The notes below the pieces were generated by a model. It worked only from the letters and a program-made list of their open reading frames with translations, was not told the DNA's origin and searched no databases. Source: Chiloscyllium plagiosum (Eukaryota). Taken from it: a DNA stretch of 41,618 bases. Below, one piece after another: positions 11,237-23,212 of this stretch (positions are counted from its first letter, which is position 1; every line of letters begins with the position of its first letter). The stretch spans positions 86,323,637-86,365,254 of the forward strand of contig NC_057719.1 in assembly GCF_004010195.1 (NCBI RefSeq), in the 5' to 3' direction. A program made the position numbers and the translations under genes.

Positions 11237-12851
11237 GTGAGTGCATCATGGAATTAGTTTTTTTTTACACTATAAACTTAACTTATGGGGAGAGAGCAAG
11301 CATATGGCGTTGAGATAGAGGATGGCCATGATCAAACTGAATGGCAGAGTGGACTCGATGGGCTAAATGGCCAATTTTCTATATTTCTATTAATAATTAA
11401 ATTACTCTTAATTCGTTCTTTAAAACTTACAATAAGAGGGCACTGATGTTCTGTAATTTCAAGCTGTGTTTATGTGCCCATCCTCAATGCTCATGTCTCT
11501 GTCAGCAGACGTGGTGCACATTAAGCTACTAAAAGGCCAGCAGCTGTACAAAAACTGGAATGGCAGACCAGTATGTGCATGATTAAAAGTTGACTTTCGT
11601 TTTGCATATTTTGGGTGTTTTAGAGCCAATGTAAGCCCTTTCTCTTCTATTCTTCCCAGTGTCCCCTTTCTGGCAGCATTACTTAAAAGTTTTGCGCTTT
11701 TCTCCCTTGTTGGTTGTCAGCAATTTGGCCTTCATCTGGGCCTATGATATTCATTTTAACACATCAGGAATTAAAGTATTTGACTATTTAAGAAATGCAA
11801 TTTATGAACACAGTGCTGCAAAGGTAAATTTTTGGAACAGTCAAACTTCAGAAATTAAAAGCTGAAAATTCTGGAAGAACAAGTGAAGCAGAAAATGGGA
11901 AACGTATCATCTGTGGATTATCGTCCAAACCATCCTGACTTTCAACAATATTGCTGCTCTTTCACTTTTGCTGCACCTGCACCTTCTGCAGGGTTTTTAG
12001 ATTTGGATGATAAATGCTGGCTCTGCTAGCACACCCATGTGCTATGAATGAATTAAAAAAAAGCTACTTCCTGACAACAGCACGGCCAAAGTAGCTCTTC
12101 ATGTGACTTCACCAATCCCATTTGTTACCGTCTGCTAATGAATGTCCAAAGGTTGCAGGTTGTTGAAGTGGCCATCAAAGAAAATATGGTGACATTCTTA
12201 TGTTTAGTGGTACATTCAATATGGTTTGGATTGTATGCTATGTATCGCCACTTCTGAATTAGGCTGTTGGTTTCACAGGCAGGTCAGTATCCCTAATTGC
12301 TTTTAATTTGGTAGGGCATCACAAAGGGCATTCAGGAGTCAACTATATTGCTGTGGGCTTTCCATCACACACATACATGATTAGATAAAGACAGCAAATT
12401 TTCAGTGGCATTAATGGCAATTAAACAGTTATATTATTGTCATTACTATTTAGTAACTATATCAAATGCTGTGACGGGATTTGAACATGTCTCAACATTA
12501 GTTTAGACCTGTGATTTACTAGTCAATTAACATGACCACTATGGAACCCTACAGCTAAACATCTGTTGTTACATGGTAAGCCCTTTATCGATGCTGTCTG
12601 CTGCAAGGGCTATATAACCCCTTTACAAGGTAATGCCTTTCACAAGGTATTTCGCAGACACCAGCCACTGGCATAAGGAAATAATTTTTCCTTAAGAAAG
12701 AAGTCAGAATGAGAGGACCGAAGAGTGGACTAGGTAAAGTAAGTTAAAGCAAAGCAGTGTCAAGTTTTTTTAAAAGATTTTCAAGACCAGAAGAGGAAAT
12801 TGATAAGGGGAGTTGTGGAAAATAACAACTTGTTTATCTCTCTGTTTTCAG

Positions 12852-12929
12852 AATCCAAGAAACATTCAAGATGACAATAAAGATAATGCAACAATTGAAG
12901 CAATTTCATCTCCACACTCTACACCTGAG
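12852..12929 (+). CDS. TMEM87A: TMEM87A small coding exon, NPRNIQDDNKDNATIEAISSPHSTPE
   Basis: tctctctgttttcag| acceptor, gag|gtaaat donor, 78 nt open frame, phase 0/0. Contains an N-glycosylation sequon (NAT), like the recalled human ENGT region. Confidence 0.7.
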
Positions 12930-13109
12930 GTAAATGCAACAGAATTGTACAATTTTATCTGATTTTGTGAAATCATTGTGACTACAAATATTTAGGGCCA
13001 TGATGGCTCATCTGGATTACACATAATTCTGAGATAACCCGTATTTCGGCAGCACAATTTGGCTAAAACATCACTGAAGAATTAGATTAAGGTGTTTTCA
13101 AGAACACTT

Positions 13110-13559
13110 GACTCCATTGGCAATATTGCGATTCCAGCGGGGATCGGTTTGTGCGCTTCTTTCTGCACATGCACCGATGTCTGCATTATTCTGTGTTGTT
13201 GCGCGCATGTGTGATATCAGTGCCAGTCTTCATGCCGTTCCTTTTGTGCCAATGTCAGCTGCCAACAGAGCAGCCTTCAGTGAGAGGTGGCATGCAGACA
13301 GCAGCTTTCTTATATTTTTTTAAATGTATTGTGTTAAATTTACTTTTATTTTGTTAATAAATACAATTTCAACCTTCATTCAGGCTGTCTACTTTGCATT
13401 AGACTTTTGGGTGATTTTTGAGCAATCGTGAGTGATGTTTTTTGCTGGTCAGGCCCTGAACTCCACTTTTCCCATAGGCCTCGTTATTTCTATTAAGAGA
13501 TGTGCCATTAAGCGAGGCTTTGCTGGAACGCAACCATGGCGTTATAGGCGAACTACCTG
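13110..13559. mobile_element. Tigger-like DNA transposon remnant (right terminal repeat only)
   Basis: Ends gcgttataggcgaactacctg|ta, similar to the terminal repeat of 1115-1328. The left end is not recognisable. Confidence 0.5.
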
Positions 13560-14706
13560 TATTGAGAATAGTTTTAATCTCTACTTAAGGAAGTATATAT
13601 TTCCTTGGAGTGTGATGAAGATTCACTAGATGATTTCCTGAAATGAGAGGACTATCCAGGAGGAAAGGTGAAGTAACCTAAGCCTGTATTCCCTGAAATT
13701 TGGAACAATAAGAAATTATCTACTTTATACATATAAAATTAATTGTAAATGCTGGGCAAATGTTTCCCTTGTTAGAGAGTGTATAATACTGAAGCAAATT
13801 CTCATAATAAGGATTTGTCATTTAGAACTGGGATGAGGCACTATTTCGTTCAGTCTCTGTCTCATGCCATGCTGGCCTCCTCAGAAGGTCTTACATGGTT
13901 CCAGGAGAGATTTTCAGGTGAACTGTTGTTTTTGTACCTCTTGGACGAACTTTCTGTGGTTCTGGCCATTCAGGGAGATGCACTTAATAGCTTGAAACTA
14001 GAGTCAATCATTTAGCTGGCATGCTACTGTCACTTTCTTTGTGTAGCAGGATCCAATGTCTCTCTATCTGAGCTGCCCTTTATTTAGTGGATAAACTGAC
14101 TGGAAGTGTCTGTGCAGGTTAACTGTTGCCTTTTACATTATGCTAATATGATTAGCACCTGACTACTGTGTTTGCGCTGTGTGGGTTTTGTGATTTCAAA
14201 GTTTCACTTGGCCAATTGAGCCAGGAGGCTGCTACACTGTCTATGTGAATGAGTTGAGTTACAATGAAAGAAGATTGGGTTTAAATCATAGACATCAATT
14301 AGATTATGTTGTGTTTAGCTTTGCTCTGATATAATTACAGGTTTGATAATTTGTTAATTTTTGTTTGATTGATAAACTTGGTGTCTTCTAACTGTTGTTG
14401 ATGAAGTTTCGTTAGGAGCAATTGGGTAATCGTGAGGATAGTTGAATATTTTACTTTCACATTGTGAATCCAGTGTTAGGAAGTAAGATATGGTCTGGCT
14501 TGCTAGTCCTGTGCCATAATAATTCCCAGAGGCAAAAAAGATTTTTTTTTTGGTTAAAAGATACCATTTTAATAAAAAGGTGAATGCAGCAGGTTACTTC
14601 ATGTAATACAAAAGCTAAGGAGAATGCAACTCCTTTTGTTTTGTGGGAGGAGTATGAAAGTTTAACAACTTTTTCATTGTTGTATGTCTTATATTTCCTT
14701 GAACAG

Positions 14707-14911
14707 AGGACTGGCTTGTTCACAAGTTGGGAAGATGGGCCGTATTTATTTATACTTAAAATACAGGCATCACATAAAGATTCAAAGAAAGAAGAGAACA
14801 GCCAAGGCACAAAATCTACTACAAAAATAGCTCGACACATGACCAAGAAAATGGAGGAAAACTCTAAGGTCAAGTCTGTGCCAGCAGAGCAAGATCACCT
14901 ATCACTCACAA
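14707..14911 (+). CDS. TMEM87A: TMEM87A coding exon, RTGLFTSWEDGPYLFILKIQ...EQDHLSLT
   Basis: tttccttgaacag| acceptor, a|gtaggt donor, 205 nt, phase 0/1. Contains the family motif W.DGPYLFI, and the phase matches the next exon. Confidence 0.88.
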
Positions 14912-15383
14912 GTAGGTTCTGCTTAACTTAACTTAAACATAGTTGTGAATAGTTTTGAGTGAAGCTGTAGTGACTGTCTCTCATGTTATACTGCGTAAAT
15001 GGAACTGGAACCAGTGAGATAAAATGGTGTTCTCACTGAAAAGTTAAATGAAACTCATGTTGCATTTAACAATACACAACTGCTTCTAGTGAAATGTGAG
15101 AGTCAATCATGCACAATGACTTGAGGGGAAATGTGACATACGTCGGCATTTGTTGGTTGACAGCTGGAATGAGGGTTGATAACTAGATTAAAGCCTTCAA
15201 TGGAAGGCCTACATCTGTGGATAGATGTGCTAGATCTAACCCTCGATTCGATTTTGTTGTTCTTCAAAATTACATTATGAATTGAAATAAATGATTGGAA
15301 AGATAGCTGTAGAACAATATCAGGATAAACTGGAAGGAGGCTGGTCTATGTTATTCATGCTCAGTGCCTTTCATGTCTTTCAG

Positions 15384-15445
15384 TGGTTGTGGAAATGAAA
15401 GGGCAATATGATTTCATTTCACCTGCAGACTGGCCACTAATGATG
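15384..15445 (+). CDS. TMEM87A: TMEM87A coding exon, (M)VVEMKGQYDFISPADWPLMM
   Basis: gtctttcag| acceptor, |gtaagt donor, 62 nt, phase 1/0. The KG.Y.....D.PLM motif precedes TM1 in TMEM87 proteins. Confidence 0.95.
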
Positions 15446-15694
15446 GTAAGTTATACCATTAAATATTTGAGAGTTATTTCTTTTCACAGTCAGTTCAATA
15501 GAAGTTTAATTTCTGTGCATTTCTATGCACATGCCTGGTGTTTTCCCTTCAAGTATTTTCTGCTCTACTTCATTGGCTATTCGGCATTTGACCACTTCTG
15601 GTGGTCACAAATGGCCCTGTATAAATATACATCTTCCTTTTTATTTCATTTTGTCCATGTATGTCCAGTCAAATTGTCTGATATGTCCTGTACG

Positions 15695-16955
15695 CACACA
15701 GCAGGACAAATCCAACCTGGCCAATTACCGCTCCTTCAGTCTGCTCTCTATCATTAGTAAAGTGATGGAACGTGTTATCAACAGTTGCATCAAGCAGCAC
15801 CTGCTTAGTAACGTTCAGTTTGTGTTCTGCCAGGCAACTCTGCTCCTGACCTCATTACAGCCTTGGTTCAAAAGAGCTGAATTTCAGAGGTGAGAGTGAC
15901 AGCTCTTGACATCAAGGCTGCATTCAACTGAATGTGCCATCAGAGGACAAACTCTTGGTTGGTTTGAGCATACCTGGCCTGAAGATGATTCTGATTGTTC
16001 GAGGTCAGTGGCTCCAGGACATCTCTGCAGGAGTTCCTCAAGATAATGTCCTAGGCTAAACCATCTTCAGCTACTCCATTAATAACCTTCCTTCATAAGG
16101 TCAGAAGTGAGGATGTTCACCGACGATTGCATAATGTTCGGCACCATTCGCAAATCCTCAGTTACTGAAGCAGTGCATGCTCAAATGCACCAAGATCTGT
16201 ACTATATTCAGGCTTGGGCTGACAAGTGGTCAGTAGCATTGAGAATCTAACCGCCACCCTTTGAATTTAACTCAGTTACCATTATTGAATCCCCATTGTC
16301 AACATTCTTGGAGTTATTACTGACCAGAAACTCAATTGAACTCTGCACATAAACAGATTGGCAGGACATAGACTGGGAGCGTGCAGTGAGTAACTCCCCT
16401 CCTGATAGTCCAAAGCCAGTCCATCACCTACAAGGCACAAGTCAGGAATGTGATGGAATACTTCCCCCCCCCCCCCCCGATGGGTACAACTCCAACAACA
16501 CTTGAGAAGCTTGACACCATTCAGGACAAAATAGCCTGCTTGATTGGCACCACATCCTCAAAGCATTCACTCCCTCCATCACTGCTCAGTAGTAGCAATG
16601 TTTACTATCTACAAGATGTATTGCAGAAATTCACCAAGGACTGCTATAACGCACCTTCCAAATGCACGAGCACTTCTATCCAGAACAACAAGGGCAGCAG
16701 ATACATGGGAACACCACCACCTGCATGTTCTCCTCCTAGACGCTCAACATCCTGACTTGGAAGTACATTTCCATTCCTTACACATCCGTTGAGTCAAATC
16801 CTAGAATTCCCTCCCTAAGGGCATTGTGGGTCAACCTACAGCGTGTGGATTGCAATGGCTCAAGGAGGCAACTCACCACAACTTCTTAAGGGCACTGGGG
16901 TGGAAAATAAATGCTGGCCAGCCAGCAACGCCCACTTCCAACAAGTGAATTAAAA
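15695..16955 (+). mobile_element. CR1/L2-group LINE (second family), RT region to 3' tail
   Basis: DKSNLANYRSFSLLSIISKVME, LDIKAAF, GVPQ and MFTDDC motifs with frameshifts. Tail aataaatgctggccagccagcaacgcccac...gaattaaaa. Confidence 0.85.
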
Positions 16956-17254
16956 TAGGTTTTTATATTATAATAGGGGGTAAATCCTAATCGGAGAGAT
17001 TGGAACAAAGTTCTGAGAAATATCCGCATGATGATACATTCAAGGACTTTGGAGAGGAAAGGGGGTGTTGAATATGTAGAGATAATTTTCAAGGACAGGT
17101 TAATTTTTTTTAAGTGGAATTATGACATTTGTAACTGGTGCAAAGTCTGAGAGGGACTGAACGATCATGTTGGTACAAGAACCAAAGTAGTTGAAAACAA
17201 GCAGTGTTCTACAGTGAGTAGTTTAGACTTTTTTAACTAAAATATATGATCTGG

Positions 17255-17745
17255 CTATGGAGGGAGTACAAAGGAGGTTTACCAGACTGATTCCTGGGAT
17301 GGCAGGATGTATGGGGGGAGACTGAACATGTTAAGACTATATTTACATGAATTTAGAAGAATTAGGGAGGGTAGAGGTTTCATAGGAATCCATAAAATAT
17401 TAGCAGGATTAGACAGATTAGGTGCAGGAAGGATGTTCTCATTGACGAAGGAGCCCAGAACCAGCTTAAGGATATGTGGTAGGCCTTTTAGAACTGAGAT
17501 GAGAAATTTTTTCATCCAGGATGTGGTGAGTCTGTGGAATTAACTGATACCGAAAGTAGTTGAGGCCAAATCATTGAAAATTTTCAAAAGTGGACAATTA
17601 TATTTCTTGGAGCTGAAAGGTTCAAAGGATATGGGGAGAAAGCGGGACAGGGTACTGAGTTGAATGATCAGCCATGATCTCATACTGACGGGTGGAGCAG
17701 ACTCAAAGAGCCAAATGGCCTAGTCCAACCTCCTATATTCTATGT
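17255..17745 (+). mobile_element. CR1 LINE 3' fragment
   Basis: GRPFRTEMRNFFIQDVVSLWN plus the CR1 3' UTR. Confidence 0.85.
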
Positions 17746-17880
17746 TACTGTACTTCAGGGCTGATATTAATATTTTTGTCAGGGTTTCTGCAGCAGAATA
17801 AATTTACAACTATGAAATATATTCTGATGGTGGTGCAGATTGTTCAGAAAATTGATATTGCACTGTCTTCCCCATGCCAG

Positions 17881-18064
17881 TTTTTCATGGTGATGTGCAT
17901 TATGTACGTGCTGTTTGGGGCACTCTGGCTGGTCTGGTCTGCGTGCTACTGGAGGGACCTCCTACGCATTCAATTTTGGATTGGAGCAGTCATCTTTCTG
18001 GGAATGCTGGAGAAAGCTGTCTTTTATGCAGAGTTCCAGAGCATCCGATACAAGGGTCAATCAG
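17881..18064 (+). CDS. TMEM87A: TMEM87A coding exon, TM1-TM2: [61 protein letters not shown]
   Basis: ccatgccag| acceptor, cag|gtaggg donor, 184 nt, phase 0/1. Nearly identical to recalled TMEM87[17 protein letters not shown] and YAEFQ.IRYKG favour A over TMEM87B. Confidence 0.97.
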
Positions 18065-18243
18065 GTAGGGAAATTTGCTAACCTGAAAACAGAATATTTT
18101 CTAGCTCAGTTGATGAGTCTTCTCTGAAAGTTGCTCATGGCAAGGGAGATGTCTAACTGGGTTTGCCATAATAGAGGCAAGAAGTTTTATCACGAGTACA
18201 GCACTCTTTTATAACCGAGAAGATTTTCACTCTTTCCTCATTT

Positions 18244-18548
18244 CATAGAACATAGAAAAATACAGCGCAGTACAGGGCCTTTGGCCCTCGATGTTGCGCC
18301 GATCCAAGCCCACCTAACCTACACTAGCCCACTATCCTCCATATGCCTATCCAATGCCCGTTTAAATGCCCATAAAGAGGGAGAGTCCACCACTGCGACT
18401 GGCAGGGCATTCCATGAACTCACGACTCGCTGAGTAAAGAATCTAGCCCTAACATCTATCCTATACCTACCACCCCTTAATTTAAAGCTATGTCCCCTCG
18501 TAATAGCTGACTCCATACGTGGAAAAAGGTTCTCATGGTCAACCTTAT
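18244..18548 (-). mobile_element. CR1 LINE 3' end (young)
   Basis: TRGHSFKL...RFFTQRVVSSWNALP with a (ttctatg)n tail. Confidence 0.9.
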
Positions 18549-18777
18549 TTCCCTTGGGTCAGAGAGATTTACAGCATGGAAACAAGCCTGACAGCTCAAC
18601 TTGTCCATGCTGCCCAGTAAATTTTGTGTACAGGCCTAAGTGGTACATTTTGGGGGAGTAGGTGCAGCTCCCATCCAATTCTGTGTCGAGCATTATATCA
18701 TTACCAAAGATAGAAAATAATAGCAAAAGCCATTTCATTTGAACAGAGCCTCTGTTAACAATCAGCAGTGGAAATGG

Positions 18778-18963
18778 GAAAGAAAACCAGAAATTGCTGG
18801 GAAAACTCAGTAGTTCTGGCAACATCTGTGGGGCTGATGAAGGGCTTTTGCCCAAAATGTCAATTTTCCTGCTCCTTGGAAGCTGCCTGACCTGCTGTGC
18901 TTTTCCAGCAACACTCTAATCTTGATTGTGATCTCCAGCATCTGCAGTCCTCACTTTCGCCTA
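18778..18963 (+). mobile_element. Penelope-like element end fragment (short inverted piece plus hammerhead-like tail)
   Basis: ctgatgaagggcttttgccc...gctgcctgacctgctgtgcttttccagca...ccagcatctgcagtcctcactt, the same family as 1903-2747 and 9580-9761. Confidence 0.75.
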
Positions 18964-20109
18964 GCAATCATTCCTGTGCGTGTCAAATCGCAAATTAAAA
19001 TGCGCCTTTATTTAATAGCCCTGCTTATGGAGCTTGTTGGGTCATTGAACTGTTACAGTAAAGGAGTCCATTCAGCTTGCTGTGTCTGCATTAACTTTCA
19101 TATCTTTCTTTCCTGAAAATAATCCATTTCTCTCCCGGAACCTCATTATTGAACCTGCTTTCACCACACTCAAGAGACAGCATGTTCTAGATCACAATCT
19201 CTCACATCTGAAAACAGTTTGTCATCAAAAATCCTTCTGATAGTTGTAACAGTTACTCCCTTCCTACTCTGTCCATGAACTTATGATTTTGAATACCTCT
19301 GTTAAATCTTTCAGTTTTCTTTTATCTGAGGAAGGCAGTCCCAACTCATCAATCGTGTGTATCTAACTCAACGTTTCTCATCCTGAACCCATTCTTGTGA
19401 AAACTGTAATACCTGGAACTGGGCACAACAGTTAGGACCAAACAATGTTTTATACAAGTTTGACTCTTTGCCCTAGCACTCTATGCCCTACTAATAATGG
19501 GTCAGAAGTTTTGTTTATTGTTCTTTTAAATTCTCCTCCAACCTTCAATGATTTTTGCACAAATGCATTGAAGTCCCTCTACTCCTGCAACCCACTTAGA
19601 ATTGTATTATATTTTATGTTGTCTCTTGGTATTTTTCCTGCTAAAATAAACAACTTCAAATTTCTCTTCATTGAACTGCATCTGACTTGTCTACCCATTC
19701 CACTAACTTGTCTACATCCTTTCAAAGTTCTGCGTGAACCTTCTTGAGGATCATGATGCTTCCAGGATTAGTTATGATTACTTGAATGGCAGAGCAGGCT
19801 TGAGAGGCCATATAGTCTACAGTTGCTCTGAGTTCTTGATGATTAATTTCAGTTTTCTGGGCAAATTGAAGGGAAAAAGAAATGAGATTGGATTCCTGCC
19901 TTGTTACAAGCGACAAAGCAGTGAAACTGAAGATTTTGGGATGAGATTTCACATCATCTGTGGTCTCACTTACAGCAGGACAAACATGTGGGACTAACTG
20001 GCCTATTTCTGCTGTAAGTTAAAGGTGTGATATTGAAGATATCATAGTGCTGTCACTGAGTTATTGAAACCAGTATAACTATCATTTTCACAATTTGTAT
20101 TTAACCCAG

Positions 20110-20209
20110 TGCAAGGAGCAGTGATTTTTGCGGAATTACTTTCTGCGCTGAAGCGTTCTCTTGCTCGTGTTCTGGTCATCATAGTCAGTCTTGGATATGG
20201 AATTGTGAA
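20110..20209 (+). CDS. TMEM87A: TMEM87A coding exon, TM3: (V)[32 protein letters not shown](K)
   Basis: ttaacccag| acceptor, |gtaagt donor, 100 nt, phase 1/2. Conserved [20 protein letters not shown] motif. Not in the ORF track. Confidence 0.97.
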
Positions 20210-20813
20210 GTAAGTATAAACAAAATTTCATGTCAATGCTGTCAACAACCAGCAACCAAACTTTGATCCAAGTACACATGTATTGTAGATTAAGTGAAAG
20301 GAAATAAATGAAAATGACAGTAAGTACTTGTCACTCCCAGATACTAAGATGTGCGTAGGACAGCAGTTTTGCTACTTAAATAGCTCCTCTGAGGTTTTGC
20401 TTTCCTGAGAATTATCATTTAACCATCACTTGTGCAAAGCTCTCCTGAAAGTGCTGTCTGTGGATAAGGGACAGTTCTTCAGATGCTAATTACCTATTAT
20501 GGCAACTAAGCAGACCTGCTTCCCCCTGACCCCACTCACCATCTTGACCGCATCCTGAATTCCCCTCATTTGTCCTCTCCCTGGCCCTTATTTGCTCCGT
20601 TTCCTCTGACTTTTGATTATTCTAAATTTGAATCTGACTTGAAATAACACTGAGCCCTGTTAAGGATGTCTGGAAGAGGACAACTCCTGTGTCTACAACA
20701 ATATTCGCTTAGAATTGTTCATCTCTTTTAAAGTTAGAAAATTTTTATCAGAAATGTTATTCAGCAAAAAGTGACAAAACCAAAAGGGTGTTGAGGTGTA
20801 TAACTTAATCAAA

Positions 20814-20945
20814 GAAGTTAAAAATCACACAACACGAGGTTATAGTCCAATAGGTTTATTTGGAAGTACAAGCTTTTGGAGCACTGCTCCTTTGTCAGGT
20901 ACCTAGTGGAGCAAGATCATAGGACACAGAATTTAAAGCAAAAGA
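20814..20945 (-). mobile_element. Fragment of a second Penelope-like family (3' end)
   Basis: aagttaaaaatcacacaacac...ttatagtccaa...tggaag matches 39839-39970. Confidence 0.7.
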
Positions 20946-21531
20946 TCTCACTAGTTATGGCTAGGTTTGTTAAAGTCCTAGAAATGGGTAAATCCAGAAA
21001 AAAGATGGTTTTACTTTGTGTTGTTTTTTTAAGCTTATTCTTTCATGGAATGTGAATATCATTGGAGGCTAGAGTTTGTTATCTATCCTTAACTACCCTT
21101 GAACTGAGTGGTTTGTTGTGCTATTTAAGAGTCAGCCACATTGTTGTGGGTCTGAAATCACCTGCTGGACAGACCAAGTAAAGATGACAGATTTTATTCG
21201 TAGGAGGACATTGGTGAACCAGATGAGTTTTTATGACAATCAATGATGCAACTGTTTCTGATGTAGTAGTCGTGATGGCTGAGAGTTTCTTGCTCCAGCC
21301 TCTCTCAATTTAAATTGCGGCTGCTGCGGTGAGATTTGAATCCATGTCCACAGTGTTTCAACCTGGGCCTTTGGATTATGAACCCAGTGACATTACGATA
21401 ATGGCAATTTCTTCTGCTCTGTAGAAACACTAATGACATTATTTAATGAACGCACATTGGTGAGCGATGTCTTGCGCTACTGTAATTATGTGGTACTGTT
21501 TGACCTGAGACAAATGTTCTCTTCATCACAG

Positions 21532-21625
21532 GCCACGTCTGGGAGCCATGCTGCACAGAGTAGTTGGTGTTGGCGTTCTCTATCTAATTTTCTCAGCAAT
21601 TGAAGGGATTCTTCGAGTCACAGGA
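21532..21625 (+). CDS. TMEM87A: TMEM87A coding exon, TM4: (K)[31 protein letters not shown]
   Basis: cttcatcacag| acceptor, |gtaagt donor, 94 nt, phase 2/0. PRLG..LH and EG.LRVTG motifs. Confidence 0.97.
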
Positions 21626-22168
21626 GTAAGTAGCATTTAAAAATAATTATTTCAGGATAGGTGAAGTCAGTTTGGTGCTAGGACTCAACACAGCATTTTT
21701 AAACCATTCCATTTTTTTTAACTATAAAAATCTAATAAGGGTTATTGTATAATATTAACTCAGAATTAGTTTTCCATCCTGAATTGATTTACGTTAAGTC
21801 TCAGTCTGAGGAATTCAGGTTGAAGTTCTGAGTCCTATCCCTTGTGTTTGCTAGGGGAGTGCTTGTTTACTGCTGAACCACCATTATCTCACCATTTGGT
21901 ATCTCATTGTGTAGTAAAATATACTGACTGATTTCATCTCCTGAATTATTTTTTCCCCATGTTGATCTTGTTATTAATGATCCAATGTTCATACAGTGTC
22001 AGATAACAACATAACTTCATACTTAGGTCCATTGGAAGCTTTTCTGCTGAACATGAAATAAAAATGACAAATTGTGAAATAGGTCTGTCATTCCACCTGG
22101 TTGAAAGGTGCACTTCACTCAATGTCCTCTTGTAGCTCAAAATCAACTTTATTTTGTTCTTGATTTAG

Positions 22169-22240
22169 ACTCCACTAACTACTCTGGCTCTGGTAGGGAA
22201 CATCATTCTCTCGTTGATCGATTCCTGTGTACTGTGGTGG
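22169..22240 (+). CDS. TMEM87A: TMEM87A mutually exclusive exon 'a' (TM5 variant): TPLTTLALVGNIILSLIDSCVLWW
   Basis: U2-type acceptor tttattttgttcttgatttag|, 72 nt open frame, phase 0/0, followed immediately by the U12 donor ATATCCTTT. Homologous to exon b (L.LL...L..LD.....WW). Confidence 0.85.
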
Positions 22241-22249
22241 ATATCCTTT
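22241..22249 (+). promoter_or_regulatory. U12-type (AT-AC) 5' splice site after exon a
   Basis: ATATCCTTT is an exact match to the minor-spliceosome donor consensus, directly after the codons TGG TGG. Confidence 0.88.
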
Positions 22250-23134
22250 GCATTATACTTAAATGTTACCCCCTCAACTTATTTCCTGACTAAAAGAGTC
22301 AAAAGATGCAATGTCCGCTTTTCAGTTGTAAGCATGTGCTTTGCAGACAACAGGTATGGGTATAGGGTCCTGGTTGTCAAGGGGACTGAGTAAACATCTG
22401 GGCTGTCAGAAGTGAGTAAAGGGTCTGATCTGTCAAGGGGGTTGAGTAAAAGTGAGTGAGGCTGGGACCTTTGCTGTGGAGGGGAATAAAAGTGGGCTTT
22501 TTGCAGAGGAGAAATCAGCATATTGGAAGACCGAAAAGTTCTAAGAAAAGATATAAATTTGTCAACTAATGACTGACTTGATCAGTCTGGGTATGAAATG
22601 AGGGGAGGAGATTGATGTTGGTTTGATCAATGAGGATTTAAGATAAATCAAACCAAGCTGAACTGATGTATCTTCCAGAATGGTAACTAGAAGATGAGTC
22701 CATGATTAATATTGCCAAATCTGGCATGTTACTCACTCAGCTAAATTGTTACAAGTGTCATAGAGAAGACTGCATGGCTACCCAGCATGGTAGACATGGA
22801 TTGGATAATGGAATGCCACTTCACATCAAGACCAGGCTGTTGGTATTTATCTGTTCATTGGCTGTGAATATCCTGGTTAAACCTGTTCAGACAGCTTTAA
22901 TTCAGTTCCAATTGGCTGTGGCCACCCAGTTACCAGTGGAGTGAAACCAAAAGTGAATATTATCTTGAAGTTAATTGTGGATTTTATTCAATACAATGTT
23001 TTGTGTTTCAAATCATTGAAGGCATGTTTGCTATGCATGTTGTGCTGTACTGGGTTTTCCAAATTCTTTTCTTTTCTCATGCTCCCTCTTTCCCTTGCTT
23101 TCATCTAACTATCCTGTCCTTCCTTTTCTTCTAG

Positions 23135-23203
23135 GAGAATTTCGACTTGGCCCTTCTGGCTTTTATCCCTCTGGCTGTTCTCGACACTGCCCTTTGCTGG
23201 TGG
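23135..23203 (+). CDS. TMEM87A: TMEM87A mutually exclusive exon 'b' (TM5 variant): ENFDLALLAFIPLAVLDTALCWW
   Basis: U2-type acceptor (ctaac branch-like motif, long pyrimidine tract, ctag|), 69 nt, phase 0/0, followed by the U12 donor ATATCCTTT. Matches the recalled canonical human DLASLAFIPLAFLDTALCWW. Confidence 0.95.
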
Positions 23204-23212
23204 ATATCCTTT
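23204..23212 (+). promoter_or_regulatory. U12-type (AT-AC) 5' splice site after exon b
   Basis: ATATCCTTT, exact consensus. Confidence 0.95.

Noticed and set aside
22365..22470. Loose tandem of gtcaagggg..tgagtaaa units between the alternative exons
   Set aside because: Only two or three degenerate copies, with no assignable family or function.
22169..23203. Both TM5 exons as consecutive constitutive exons
   Set aside because: This would add an extra helix and invert the topology, and it would need an AT...AG intron with no U12 branch consensus before exon b.
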